A stretch of 42,435 nt of DNA, taken from a virus (taxonomy: Duplodnaviria > Caudoviricetes). Made by a program: the position numbers and the translations under genes. Location of the stretch: positions 1 through 42,435 of IMG/VR virus record IMGVR_UViG_3300032321_000458. One strand, written 5' to 3'. Under the pieces are notes generated by a model. The model was not told where the DNA came from and searched no databases. It saw nothing but the letters and a program-made list of their open reading frames with translations. Below, one piece after another: positions 1 to 9,620 of this stretch (position 1 is its first letter; every line of letters begins with the position of its first letter).

Positions 1-2
1 TG

Positions 3-119
3 CGCTATGGGGTGCGGCTGCGCTCGCGCAGTTTGGGTTGGTCCCGCCCGCCTGTGGTGAGCGAGGCCCTGATCAAGCGGCTGCAGACCTACGACTTCCC
101 GGGCAATGTGCGCGAGCTG
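3..119 (+). other. GC-rich foreign fragment of a sigma54-interaction (NtrC-type AAA+) domain gene; probable chimeric contig end
   Basis: Frame 3 reads RYGVRLRSRSLGWSRPPVVSEALIKRLQTYDFPGNVREL, matching the Y-x-(W/F)-PGNVREL motif of bacterial enhancer-binding proteins. GC content is far above the rest of the window. Confidence 0.75.
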
Positions 120-505
120 CTGCGGCTGGTGTAAGTGGTGCTGGGGGTAATAATTCTTTAGGCACAGGCGGGGGTGCGTCAAGAACTGGTGCTGGCGCTG
201 GTGTAAGTGGAACAAATGGTGGGGGTGGATCGGGATCTGTTCAAACTAGTAATGCTGCTGGTATAGGCAGTGCAGGCATTGACATAATACCTGCCTTGAG
301 TCTTGGATCTGGTGGTGGATCTGGCGGTGGCACAGGAGGCGTCCAAGCATCTGGTACTTCTGGTTATGGATCTGGTGGCGGTGGCAATGGAACTACTGTA
401 GCTGGAGGTACCGTTGCAGGCAATGGAACTGCTAGAGCTGGCGCTATTGTATTATTATGGGGTCAAGCAGCATTGTCAACAGGCAACTTCTTCATGTTGT
501 TTTAA
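116..505 (+). CDS. C-terminal part of a glycine-rich virion/tail-fibre-like protein (5' truncated)
   Basis: G/S/T/A-rich repeats (GSGGGSGGG, GNGT) ending GNFFMLF. Phage-like codon usage starts at about 116; the ORF-track N-terminus (38-115) comes from the foreign fragment. Confidence 0.55.
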   Translation, partial: AAAAGVSGAGGNNSLGTGGGASRTGAGAGVSGTNGGGGSGSVQTSNAAGIGSAGIDIIPALSLGSGGGSGGGTGGVQASGTSGYGSGGGGNGTTVAGGTVAGNGTARAGAIVLLWGQAALSTGNFFMLF

Positions 506-519
506 AGAGCATAAATAAT

Positions 520-548
520 TTTACATTAAATCTAAACTATATTATAAT
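520..548 (+). promoter_or_regulatory. Early/middle-type promoter TTTACA-TTAA...TATAAT
   Basis: TTTACA 520-525, 17-nt spacer, TATAAT 543-548. A late-like CATAAATA lies at 510-517. Confidence 0.7.
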
Positions 549-572
549 TATATCATAAACTGAGGAGTAATT

Positions 573-2174
573 ATGTCAAGAGTGAAATTTCACACCGTTG
601 ACCAACCAGATTCAGACACCACAACCTTTGTACTATCTTGCAACAGACTCGACGTCTTAGCCAAGACACTCCAATCATTCCATGATACACAAGACTATAT
701 TACCAAGATGGTAATAGTAGATGACTCAGCTGAGCCTGGTATATTTGAGAAGTTAGTCGAAGAGTATGGTGACTATTGTGATGTCATTTGTTTCCCACGT
801 AATCGTTCACAATGGTGGGCCATGGACTTCATGGTATCCTATTGCGATTCAGAATACATCTTTTACCTTGAGGACGACTGGGAATTCGTTCAATCGGGTT
901 ATCTCAACAAATCAAAAGCAATCCTTAAAAAATACAGAGAAGTCGGCTGTGTCGATACTTCTTGGCGTACATTTGAATTCCAAGGTATAGACTCCTATCA
1001 TAAAGAGCTTGTTGATGATATGTTCTATTGGAAAAAACCATGGAAGATTACTGATACTCATCTTGCTTGGCATGCATGGGTTGGATCACCCAACTTGCGT
1101 CGTAGAGACGACCTTATCATGTTAGGTCGAGTAGAAAAATGGCACAATGAATGGAACATTGATCGGAAGTTTACTGCATTAGGTTTTAAAGGTGTATATC
1201 TTAATGGAGAGTATTCAAGACACTTAGGTGACAAGTGCTCTAAGATGGAAGGTAAACGACCAGACGACTCTAAGACTCCATATGATTTCTATCCAAAAGA
1301 AGTTCTTAAAAACCGTAGAGCTCCTTATATCAACTATAGAGAGATGGATTGGATCTATGATTATCCAGCAGATGTAACACTAGTTACTATGGCTTTAGAT
1401 ATTAATCGAGGCGATCGTTCATTTGAACAACATTATATCAAAGGACTAGATTATTTACTTGCAGTTCGTAATCCACTGGTCGTTTATGCAGATCCTCAGT
1501 GGCATGACTATATAAGAAAACGTAGAAAAGAATTAAGTATTGCCACATCTAATAATAGGATTGAATTAAGAGGGTTAACTCTTGCTGACTTACAAGATAG
1601 GACACCATTTAAGAAGATCAAAGATGTTATAACAAGCGATGAATGGATTAATCAGTCTGGTTGGATCAAAGGATCTGCTTTAACTAATCCATATTATATA
1701 CCATTAACTTTAATTAAGAATGAATTATTAGCACAAGTTGCCAATTCAAATCCTATGGGATCTAAACGATTCTATTGGATTGATTCTGGTATGTCGAGTA
1801 GTTTTGGAATTACTGAGCCTATTAAGACGTGGAACTTCTTATTCTTACCTAAAGATAAGTTTTTCTTAACTTCATATCCATATCAGACTAATTCTGAGAT
1901 CCATGGATGTAATATAAATACAATGACAGATATAGTTGGTAAAAAACCAGAATATGTTTGTCGTGCAACATTATTTGGCGGATCTAAAGAACAGATCTCT
2001 GAATTTAATAATAAATACTCTAGTCTGATTAACCAATGTCTAGAAAAAGGTACTATTGGTACAGAAGAAGCAATATTTACTATGGTCGAAATGATGAATC
2101 CTGACCTTGTAAATCGTTATGCAATGCCAAATGGCGGAATACAAAATTATTTGAACACTATAAGGAATAGATGA
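573..2174 (+). CDS. Two-domain glycosyltransferase: GT-A/GT2-like N-terminus fused to an HtrL/YibB-like domain
   Basis: VIVDDS and FYLEDDW motifs; C-terminal [12 protein letters not shown]...[14 protein letters not shown] resembles the HtrL/YibB family. SD GAGGAG. Confidence 0.7.
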   Translation: MSRVKFHTVDQPDSDTTTFVLSCNRLDVLAKTLQSFHDTQDYITKMVIVDDSAEPGIFEKLVEEYGDYCDVICFPRNRSQWWAMDFMVSYCDSEYIFYLEDDWEFVQSGYLNKSKAILKKYREVGCVDTSWRTFEFQGIDSYHKELVDDMFYWKKPWKITDTHLAWHAWVGSPNLRRRDDLIMLGRVEKWHNEWNIDRKFTALGFKGVYLNGEYSRHLGDKCSKMEGKRPDDSKTPYDFYPKEVLKNRRAPYINYREMDWIYDYPADVTLVTMALDINRGDRSFEQHYIKGLDYLLAVRNPLVVYADPQWHDYIRKRRKELSIATSNNRIELRGLTLADLQDRTPFKKIKDVITSDEWINQSGWIKGSALTNPYYIPLTLIKNELLAQVANSNPMGSKRFYWIDSGMSSSFGITEPIKTWNFLFLPKDKFFLTSYPYQTNSEIHGCNINTMTDIVGKKPEYVCRATLFGGSKEQISEFNNKYSSLINQCLEKGTIGTEEAIFTMVEMMNPDLVNRYAMPNGGIQNYLNTIRNR

Positions 2175-3868
2175 TGCGTTTTCATATCTTAGGTTTACCT
2201 CACACAGTATCAAGCAAAGAATATGTTGCTTGTGCTTACACTCAAAAAGTAGTTAAGTTTGCAAAGATGATGACTGATCGCGGTCATACAGTCATTCATT
2301 ACGGTCATGAAGATTCTGATTTGCAATGCACAGAACATGTGCCAGTAACTACAAACAAAGATCTTGAGATTGCATATGGTTCACATGACTGGCGTAAAAA
2401 CTTCTTCAAGTTTGATACTAATGATCATGCATACCGAGAATTCTATAAGAATGCTATTCGTGAAGTAGGTAAACGTAAACAAGCTAATGACTTCATCTTA
2501 CCATTCTGGGGATCAGGTACTCGACCAGTATGTGATGCACATCCAGACTTAATCGTTGTTGAACCAGGTATCGGATACGCTGGTGGTCATTGGGCAAAAT
2601 ACAAGATATTTGAATCATATGCTATCATGCATGCATACTATGGCCTTGAGGCTGTTGGTATGTGTAAGAACAATTTCTATGATGTTGTTATCCCTAACTA
2701 TTTTGATGTTGATGACTTCACATATGCTCCTGAAACTAAAGAAGACTATTGCCTATTCTTAGGCCGAGTCTATGAAGGTAAAGGTATTCACGTGGCTATT
2801 CAAGCTACTGAACGTGCTGGCATGAAACTTAAAGTTGCTGGTCAAAACAACCTTGAAGCATGTGGATACAAAGAGATACCCCCACATGTTGAGTTCATTG
2901 GGTATGCAGATGTAGAGAAACGCAGAGAACTCATGTCAAAGGCTAAAGTATCATTTGTTGCTTCAATGTACGTTGAGCCATTTGGTGGAGTACAGATCGA
3001 GAACCTATTCTCTGGTACACCTACTATTACAACTGATTGGGGTTCATTCACAGAAAATAATATCCACGGTGTTACAGGCTATCGTTGCCGTACTATGGAA
3101 GAGTTTGTATGGGCATTAAAGAACATCGATCGTATCAACCCACAAGATTGCCGTGATTGGGCATTAAGAAACTTTGCACTTGAAAAAGTAGCTGGTATGT
3201 ATGAAGAATACTTCCAAGCGGTACTTAATATCCATGGCGGAGCTGGTTGGTATCAAGAGAATCCAGGCCGTAATAATATGGACTATGCTATTAAGCATTA
3301 TCCAGGTCGTCCAGATCCTATTGATTACAATGTTGTAGATAATGAAGAACGACCAATGGCAAAGAGTATTGCCAAATGGGTAAAGGACAGTATTAAACCT
3401 AAAAATGTACTTGATATTGGATGCGGTCCAGGAACTTATGTTGAAGAATTAATAGCTGAAGGAGTTGATGCATTTGGTATTGATATTGATGATCGAGTAG
3501 AAGGTAAAGATTATCTTGCCAAAGAAAGCATCTTTGATACTAAACGAACTGCTGATACTGTTATGACATTTGAGGTATTAGAACATATTGATCCAGCTTA
3601 CGCAGATCAAGAAGTAGATGCTCTATATAATGCTATTGAATCAGGTGGAACATTAATATTTACTGCAGCTCAACCTGGTCAAGGTGGTATTGGTCATATT
3701 AACTGCCGTAAGAAAGATTATTGGGGTAAGAAATTTGTTGCCAAAGGACTTATTTTTGATGAAGACTTAACAGCAGATATTACTAAAGCTCTTCTTGAAA
3801 ATAGATATAAACAACAGAATTATATGGGTTGGTTTATTAATAACGTAATGGTGTTTAAGAAATCTTAA
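2171..3868 (+). CDS. GT4-family glycosyltransferase fused to a class I SAM-dependent methyltransferase
   Basis: [11 protein letters not shown] and EPFGGVQIE (GT-B E-x7-E); C-terminal VLDIGCGPG and FEVLEHI motifs. Confidence 0.85.
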   Translation: MMRFHILGLPHTVSSKEYVACAYTQKVVKFAKMMTDRGHTVIHYGHEDSDLQCTEHVPVTTNKDLEIAYGSHDWRKNFFKFDTNDHAYREFYKNAIREVGKRKQANDFILPFWGSGTRPVCDAHPDLIVVEPGIGYAGGHWAKYKIFESYAIMHAYYGLEAVGMCKNNFYDVVIPNYFDVDDFTYAPETKEDYCLFLGRVYEGKGIHVAIQATERAGMKLKVAGQNNLEACGYKEIPPHVEFIGYADVEKRRELMSKAKVSFVASMYVEPFGGVQIENLFSGTPTITTDWGSFTENNIHGVTGYRCRTMEEFVWALKNIDRINPQDCRDWALRNFALEKVAGMYEEYFQAVLNIHGGAGWYQENPGRNNMDYAIKHYPGRPDPIDYNVVDNEERPMAKSIAKWVKDSIKPKNVLDIGCGPGTYVEELIAEGVDAFGIDIDDRVEGKDYLAKESIFDTKRTADTVMTFEVLEHIDPAYADQEVDALYNAIESGGTLIFTAAQPGQGGIGHINCRKKDYWGKKFVAKGLIFDEDLTADITKALLENRYKQQNYMGWFINNVMVFKKS

Positions 3869-3878
3869 GGAGTATTAG

Positions 3879-4211
3879 ATGGCAGATCAAAGCGATTTTC
3901 ATCCAGGTCTAATTGCAAAGATAGAAGAAAAATTACCAGTTCTTCCTGAAGAATTATTATTAGGTCTATCTATTGGTGATAGACTAATAATGGCTCTTGA
4001 AGGTTGGCATATAATGCAAGGTATTATTCAAGACCAACAGAAAAAGATTGATGGAGCAGTAAAAGATCTTGAATATACATTGAATCTACTTAATGTGGCT
4101 GAATCAAATCTTGGTCGAGAACATGCTGAATTAAAAAATATTATTGGAATATGGTTACAATACTATAAAGATCTAACAAAGAAGATTCAGGATATTGAAA
4201 ATAATGTATAA
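3879..4211 (+). CDS. Hypothetical helical protein
   Basis: 110-aa ORF with SD AAGGAG, tightly packed with neighbours. Confidence 0.6.
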   Translation: MADQSDFHPGLIAKIEEKLPVLPEELLLGLSIGDRLIMALEGWHIMQGIIQDQQKKIDGAVKDLEYTLNLLNVAESNLGREHAELKNIIGIWLQYYKDLTKKIQDIENNV

Positions 4212-4674
4212 TTCTTCATTAAAATACAAGATCATTTCATTTAATGAAACTACTGGTCAGATTATAGTTGAACCTGAAAATATGAGTCCGTTAGCGGTAG
4301 ATTTGCCTATTGAAAATGGTAAGTATATAGAAGGACTACAATTAGATACTTATATTAGAGGAATTATTCCATCGAATGTTTCTAATAGAAAAGAAATTGT
4401 AGCTGGTGTTACCAATAAAGAATCAATAGCAGTTTTAGTAACTCAACATAAACCTTCTAGAGATGAAATTTTAGATATTATTAGACGTAGAAGAAACATA
4501 TTACTCTATAATACTGATTGGACTCAAACAGTACCAGACTATCATATTAGCGATGAATTAAAAGAAGCTATGAGAGTTTATAGACAAGAATTAAGAGACG
4601 TGACTAAACAAGAAGATTTAGAAAATATAAAATGGCCTAAAAATCCTTATCCTGGTAATATTGAGAGAGTCTAA
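4195..4674 (+). CDS. Phage tail fibre assembly chaperone-like protein
   Basis: C-terminal IRRRRNILLYNTDWTQ...YRQELRDVTKQ...IKWPKNP pattern of tail assembly chaperones. The start may be the ATG at 4204. Confidence 0.7.
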   Translation: MKIMYNSSLKYKIISFNETTGQIIVEPENMSPLAVDLPIENGKYIEGLQLDTYIRGIIPSNVSNRKEIVAGVTNKESIAVLVTQHKPSRDEILDIIRRRRNILLYNTDWTQTVPDYHISDELKEAMRVYRQELRDVTKQEDLENIKWPKNPYPGNIERV

Positions 4675-6059
4675 TGGCATTTGCTAAATATGAAGTAAAA
4701 AAATCTGGTATACAATTCTATTCATGCAATCAAACAAATAGACTATTTGAGGCAGATGGAAGTCCATTAATAACTCGGTGGGGTAGTATTGAATCTGATA
4801 AAGGTTATGAAACTCAAAAGGGTGTTAGAAAAAAATCTAATTCACCATCGAATCTTAGAATTATTCTAGGGCATGCCTGTAACTATGATTGCAGTTACTG
4901 CATGCAAAAAGACATTGGTAATCCTAATGAGAGACCACAAAACAAATCTCTTGACACATTCATTAATACAATAAGTGATACATTAGATTTAAGTAATCTT
5001 CATCATGTTCAGTTGTGGGGAGGAGAACCATTTTTGTATTGGAACGATATGGTTGCATTAATGAAGTTCTTTGATAAGCCTGGAATGACATTTCTTATCT
5101 CTACTAATGGTTCAACATTTATGGATAAACATATTGAGTTCTTTAATACTCTTCAAGGAACTGTTAGATTAAGTATTAGTCATGATGGCCCTGCTCAAAA
5201 AGAACAGCGTGGAGAAGAGATATTTGATAAAGAACGAGTTCAAAGAGTTATTAAGAAGATTGATGAATCATATCCAAAGGTTGAGTATTTCTTTCATTCT
5301 GTTTTAACTAATAAAAACTTTGATATGTTTAAGATCAATGATTTCTTTGCTAATGTTATTAAAACATTAGATTTACATAATGCTCATATAAGTTGCAATA
5401 TTGCTAGAACTTATCAGGAACATGTGGAAATAGACCATCATTATAGTTTTAGCGATGAGATGGTTATATCAGGAAAAAATCTTCAAAAATTTCAGAAGAT
5501 GTTAAATAAATTTTATAAGTTACAAACAAATCAATATAAAGAACATATTGATAAGCTTCAAAAGAATGAAGATAGTTATTACGGTTGCAGAATGTCATTA
5601 ATACCACATGATATGTTTTTTGGTAGTAGTTTAGGATCTAGTGTTTTAGGATATATTGATAAAACTGTTAAAGGAAAACCAATTATTCAATCCACAACAT
5701 GTGGGGCAGATTCTGATCAGGTTATATCTATAGATCTTGAAGGTAATATAAGAACATGCCCTCATGCTTCAGGTGACAGACACTCTTATGGACATGTAAA
5801 TCAGCTTAAAGGAATTAGAATATTAAGTTTGAACCTGTCACGCAAAAATGATCATTGTGAAAAATGTCCAAATTTAAAATTATGTAAAGGTAGTTGTCCG
5901 TTAGATCTACCGGATCAGTCATTTAATACAAATTGCGCTATAGAAAAGATTTGGTACCATGAGTTACAGAAAGCAGCATTTAGTCTGATGTTCAATGGAG
6001 AAGTAGAATTACTTACTGATCTATATAGCGGTGGAATCTCGGACATGAGACTTTTTTAA
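4674..6059 (+). CDS. Radical SAM enzyme with C-terminal SPASM domain
   Basis: CNYDCSYC (CxxxCxxC), WGGEPF, and SPASM C-x13-G-x4-C...C-x2-C-x5-C-x3-C-x12-C. Confidence 0.92.
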   Translation: MAFAKYEVKKSGIQFYSCNQTNRLFEADGSPLITRWGSIESDKGYETQKGVRKKSNSPSNLRIILGHACNYDCSYCMQKDIGNPNERPQNKSLDTFINTISDTLDLSNLHHVQLWGGEPFLYWNDMVALMKFFDKPGMTFLISTNGSTFMDKHIEFFNTLQGTVRLSISHDGPAQKEQRGEEIFDKERVQRVIKKIDESYPKVEYFFHSVLTNKNFDMFKINDFFANVIKTLDLHNAHISCNIARTYQEHVEIDHHYSFSDEMVISGKNLQKFQKMLNKFYKLQTNQYKEHIDKLQKNEDSYYGCRMSLIPHDMFFGSSLGSSVLGYIDKTVKGKPIIQSTTCGADSDQVISIDLEGNIRTCPHASGDRHSYGHVNQLKGIRILSLNLSRKNDHCEKCPNLKLCKGSCPLDLPDQSFNTNCAIEKIWYHELQKAAFSLMFNGEVELLTDLYSGGISDMRLF

Positions 6060-6061
6060 CA

Positions 6062-6069
6062 TATAAATA
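6062..6069 (+). promoter_or_regulatory. T4-type late promoter (TATAAATA) upstream of the TonB-dependent receptor
   Basis: Exact TATAAATA in the intergenic gap before SD GGGAG and ATG 6100. Confidence 0.7.
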
Positions 6070-6099
6070 AAACATGAAATTTAAAATAGGGAGTAGTAA

Positions 6100-8199
6100 A
6101 TGAAATTTAGGAAATTAGCTGTAGGTCTATCTATGATTTTTGCTTCTAATCTGCATGCAGAAGCTTTATATCTGGACTCTGTAACAGTTTCAGCAACAAG
6201 AGAAATTCAAAAGCTTTCTGAATCTCCAAACTCAATCACTCAAGTAACTGAAGAAGACTTCATTCAAAATAAACCTCAGATGCTATCTGAGATAGGTCGA
6301 AGAATGCCCGGAGTTTATTTCCAACCTACAGCAGGCCTATCAAATTTCACATCTATTCGTATGCCTAATGTTAATAGTCCAGTGTATCTCTATACTGAAG
6401 ATGGTATACCTATCAGATCTGCTGGTTTCTATAATGCAGCAAATCAGATCGATTTAGATATTCCTCACTATTCAGGTTTAGATATCATCAAGGGACCAGC
6501 TTCTGCTCTATACGGATCTGAAGCAATTGGAGCTGTTTTAAACTTTAAGACTCGTCAATCTCCATCAAGCACTGAGTTTGATGTAACACAAGAAGCAGGT
6601 TCATTCGGTTGGAAACGATTCCTAGGAACTGGCGGTACAGGTGGTTCTGATTGGGGTATTAGAGCAAACGTAAATCTTACTAGTTTTGACGGATACAGGG
6701 ACGACCATGGTGTAGATGCTAAAAACTTCTCAGTTCGTCTTGACAAAGGTTTAGGTAATGACGCAACATTAAAGACTTACATCGCTTATACTAAGATAGA
6801 ACAAAATGGTTCATCTGGTATGGATAGAATTAATCAATATGACTATATCAATAATCCAAAAGTAAACTATGTTCCTATCGCTCGTAAGAATCAAGAAGCT
6901 TTAAGAATGCATGCTGCTTATGAACAAGAAATAGGTAAATCATTATTAAGTATTACTCCATACTTTAGATATAATAGTATCAATCAAATTCCAAATTTTG
7001 GTTCTTTAACATCTCTAATTAATAGTAAAGAACAAAACTATTCATTTGGCGTTCAATCTAAATTACGTCGTGATTTTGATACAATGAAGTCTAGAGTTAT
7101 CGTTGGTTTAGATATCGACAGAAGTCCTGGTAAGTGGTATGAAGATGCTTTAACCACAACTTACAGAACTTTAGATTCTGGAGCAAAACAATACTATGCG
7201 TATACTGTTAATGCTAATCCTAACTATAACTATGATGTAGTTTATAGTAGTGTATCACCTTATGCTCAAACTGAATTTAATCCAATTAGTAAAATTCCAC
7301 TTAGAATTACAGCAGGTGTAAGATATGATTGGATGCAATATCAATATGACAATAACCTATCAGTTAAAGATACTGGTTGTGCTAATACTAACGGTAACAA
7401 GTGCCGCCCAGGAGATCAGAATTTAAGTTGGGATAATGTAAGTACTAAGATCGGTGCTGTTTATGATGTTAATCAGAATCATAATGTGTATGCAAACTAT
7501 GCTGAAGGATTTAGAGCACCAAAACATACAGATCTTTTCCAACAAGGTGGTAACGCATCATCAACTAATCTTAAACCTACTGAATCAGTTCAGAAAGAAG
7601 TTGGTATAAGAGGTAAGTTGTTTGACAGAGTAAACTATTCAACGGCTTTATTTACTATTGATCGTGAGAATGATACTCTTGCTTATAGAGGAGCTGATAA
7701 TGCGGTAGTTACTTCAAGTAATGGTAAGACATCTCATAAAGGTATTGAGATCGGTCTTTCAACTAACATAACAGATACTTTCAGTGTTATTGGTAATTAC
7801 TCATATACAAAACATAAGTATGAGGAATGGGTAGCTTCAGCAACATCAGGTTCTATTGATTACTCTGGTAAAAACTTTGAGCAAACACCAAAAGAACTAG
7901 CCAATTTAATCTTAGATTATAAACCACATTGGTTAAACGGTGGTAGAGCAGATCTAGAGTTTGTTCATGTTGGAGATATCTGGATGGACCAAGCTAATAC
8001 TCAGTTAAACTCTGGATTTAATATCGTTAATTTAAGAGCAAATTACTTTGTTAATAAATCAATTGAAGTTCATACAAGAGTATTGAATCTAACAGATAAG
8101 AAATACTCTAATAATCCTACATATCTACCAGCTGGAAATGAGTTTACTCCTGCTGATCCTAGATCTGTATTTGTTGGTGTATCATATCACTTTAAATAA
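6100..8199 (+). CDS. TonB-dependent outer-membrane receptor
   Basis: Signal peptide, TonB box (DSVTVSATR), plug motif IIKGPASALYGSEAIGAVLNFKT, beta-barrel strands, NLTDKKY motif and C-terminal VSYHF. Confidence 0.95.
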   Translation: MKFRKLAVGLSMIFASNLHAEALYLDSVTVSATREIQKLSESPNSITQVTEEDFIQNKPQMLSEIGRRMPGVYFQPTAGLSNFTSIRMPNVNSPVYLYTEDGIPIRSAGFYNAANQIDLDIPHYSGLDIIKGPASALYGSEAIGAVLNFKTRQSPSSTEFDVTQEAGSFGWKRFLGTGGTGGSDWGIRANVNLTSFDGYRDDHGVDAKNFSVRLDKGLGNDATLKTYIAYTKIEQNGSSGMDRINQYDYINNPKVNYVPIARKNQEALRMHAAYEQEIGKSLLSITPYFRYNSINQIPNFGSLTSLINSKEQNYSFGVQSKLRRDFDTMKSRVIVGLDIDRSPGKWYEDALTTTYRTLDSGAKQYYAYTVNANPNYNYDVVYSSVSPYAQTEFNPISKIPLRITAGVRYDWMQYQYDNNLSVKDTGCANTNGNKCRPGDQNLSWDNVSTKIGAVYDVNQNHNVYANYAEGFRAPKHTDLFQQGGNASSTNLKPTESVQKEVGIRGKLFDRVNYSTALFTIDRENDTLAYRGADNAVVTSSNGKTSHKGIEIGLSTNITDTFSVIGNYSYTKHKYEEWVASATSGSIDYSGKNFEQTPKELANLILDYKPHWLNGGRADLEFVHVGDIWMDQANTQLNSGFNIVNLRANYFVNKSIEVHTRVLNLTDKKYSNNPTYLPAGNEFTPADPRSVFVGVSYHFK

Positions 8200-8226
8200 T
8201 ATTATAACTACTTGAATGGATATATT

Positions 8227-9582
8227 ATGAATGAGTTTATATTAAATTTTCAAAACGTACTAACTCCCATGAATCTGCTAGTCTGCTTTATGGGAGCAGT
8301 ATACGGTACTGCAATAGGTATATTACCTGGAATGTCTTCAGCTGCAGCACTTGCAGTTCTTCTACCATTTTTAATTACATCAGTTCCATTAGAACAAGCA
8401 TTGCTATTCTGTGGTGTTGTCACATATGCAACTCAGTATGGAGGATCTACAGGGGCAATCTTATTTAATATGCCCGGAGAACCGCCAAGTGCTATCACAA
8501 CTCTTGATGGACATCCGATGATATACAAAGGTAAAGCAAAAACTGCGATATTTACCGCGGCATTTGCATCCTTTATTGGTGGTTTAATAGCAACTGCATT
8601 TATTGTACTTACAGCGAGTACGATTATATCTGGTACTATTAAACTAACTCCTATTCAATTTTTATCATTCATATTCCTATCAGTAGGATTAATTGTATTA
8701 ATGTCTGGTAAAGGTAACTATATTAGATCAGCATTAATGATTATGTTGGGATATCTAATAGGAGTATTAAGTAAGAATCCAGGTTTTGTTGATTTATTTC
8801 ATTTAAGTGGAATGAAATATGATAATATTATTTTAATTATCATGACTATATGTGTATTCTCTTTAACAGACGTTGTACAATATTATATAAATCCTACTAA
8901 AGATTTAAACAAAGCAGATATTCCTCCAAACACAGAATCAGTTACTTTATCTGATGCAAAGAAAACTGTATTTCCTTCAATTAGAGGAGGTTTTTTAGGA
9001 CTACTTCTTATTATTCCAGGATTAAGTTATGGCGTTCTTGCTGTTATAGCTTATAATATTGAAAAACTAATATCTAAAACAAAAGACTTATTTGGAACCG
9101 GGCATATCCCAGGAATAGCAGCACCTGAGGCTGTAAATAATTCAGGAGCTCAGACAGCATCGTTTACAACTCTTCTATTTGGTATACCGATGGGTCCTAA
9201 TAGTACCATAATTATAGCTTTATTGACAGCAAAAGGTATTGAGCTATCTGGCGGTAACTTCCCAGTAGAGTACTCAGGTATATTTTGGACTATATTAGGA
9301 GCTACTGTAATAGCCAATATTATATTGCTTATATTAAACTGGCCACTTTCTTATGTATGGGTAAAATTACTGTATCTTAAAAGAAATATATTAAATGCTA
9401 TTATTCTAGGTGTTTGTTCTCTCAGTCTAATATTTTCGTTAACGCATTTGATTCAGTATCTGATTGTTTTATCAATAGTATCTTTAGTATTACTGCTTAG
9501 AAAGCTTAATTTCAAAGTGATCTATATGTACATAGGATTCATTCTTTTCATACCTATCCAAACGTATTTGTCTAAGCTTTAA
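8227..9582 (+). CDS. tctA: Tripartite tricarboxylate transporter TctA-family permease
   Basis: IGILPGM, QYGGSTGAILFNMPGEPPSAITTLDGHPM and GIAAPEAVNNSGAQT signatures; multiple hydrophobic helices. ATG 8227 preferred over TTG 8212. Confidence 0.88.
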   Translation: MNEFILNFQNVLTPMNLLVCFMGAVYGTAIGILPGMSSAAALAVLLPFLITSVPLEQALLFCGVVTYATQYGGSTGAILFNMPGEPPSAITTLDGHPMIYKGKAKTAIFTAAFASFIGGLIATAFIVLTASTIISGTIKLTPIQFLSFIFLSVGLIVLMSGKGNYIRSALMIMLGYLIGVLSKNPGFVDLFHLSGMKYDNIILIIMTICVFSLTDVVQYYINPTKDLNKADIPPNTESVTLSDAKKTVFPSIRGGFLGLLLIIPGLSYGVLAVIAYNIEKLISKTKDLFGTGHIPGIAAPEAVNNSGAQTASFTTLLFGIPMGPNSTIIIALLTAKGIELSGGNFPVEYSGIFWTILGATVIANIILLILNWPLSYVWVKLLYLKRNILNAIILGVCSLSLIFSLTHLIQYLIVLSIVSLVLLLRKLNFKVIYMYIGFILFIPIQTYLSKL

Positions 9583-9586
9583 CTAT

Positions 9587-9594
9587 TATAAATA
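9587..9594 (+). promoter_or_regulatory. T4-type late promoter
   Basis: TATAAATA upstream of gp13. Confidence 0.8.
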
Positions 9595-9620
9595 GATAAT
9601 AGGATAAATTAGGAATTACT

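Noticed and set aside
38-115. ORF-track N-terminus MVPPACGERGP...
   Set aside because: It is an off-frame reading of the GC-rich foreign fragment, not part of the phage Gly-rich protein.
1-120. Prophage/host junction (att site)
   Set aside because: No integrase or att repeat, T4-like phages are lytic, the join interrupts both genes, and the fragment is very short at a contig end. A chimera is more plausible.
4674-6059. Calling the radical SAM/SPASM enzyme PqqE because pqqA is present
   Set aside because: It lacks the PqqE-type ELTYRCPLxCxYCSNP context, is longer than typical PqqE, has no pqqD neighbour and lies 30 kb from pqqA. Only the superfamily is shared.
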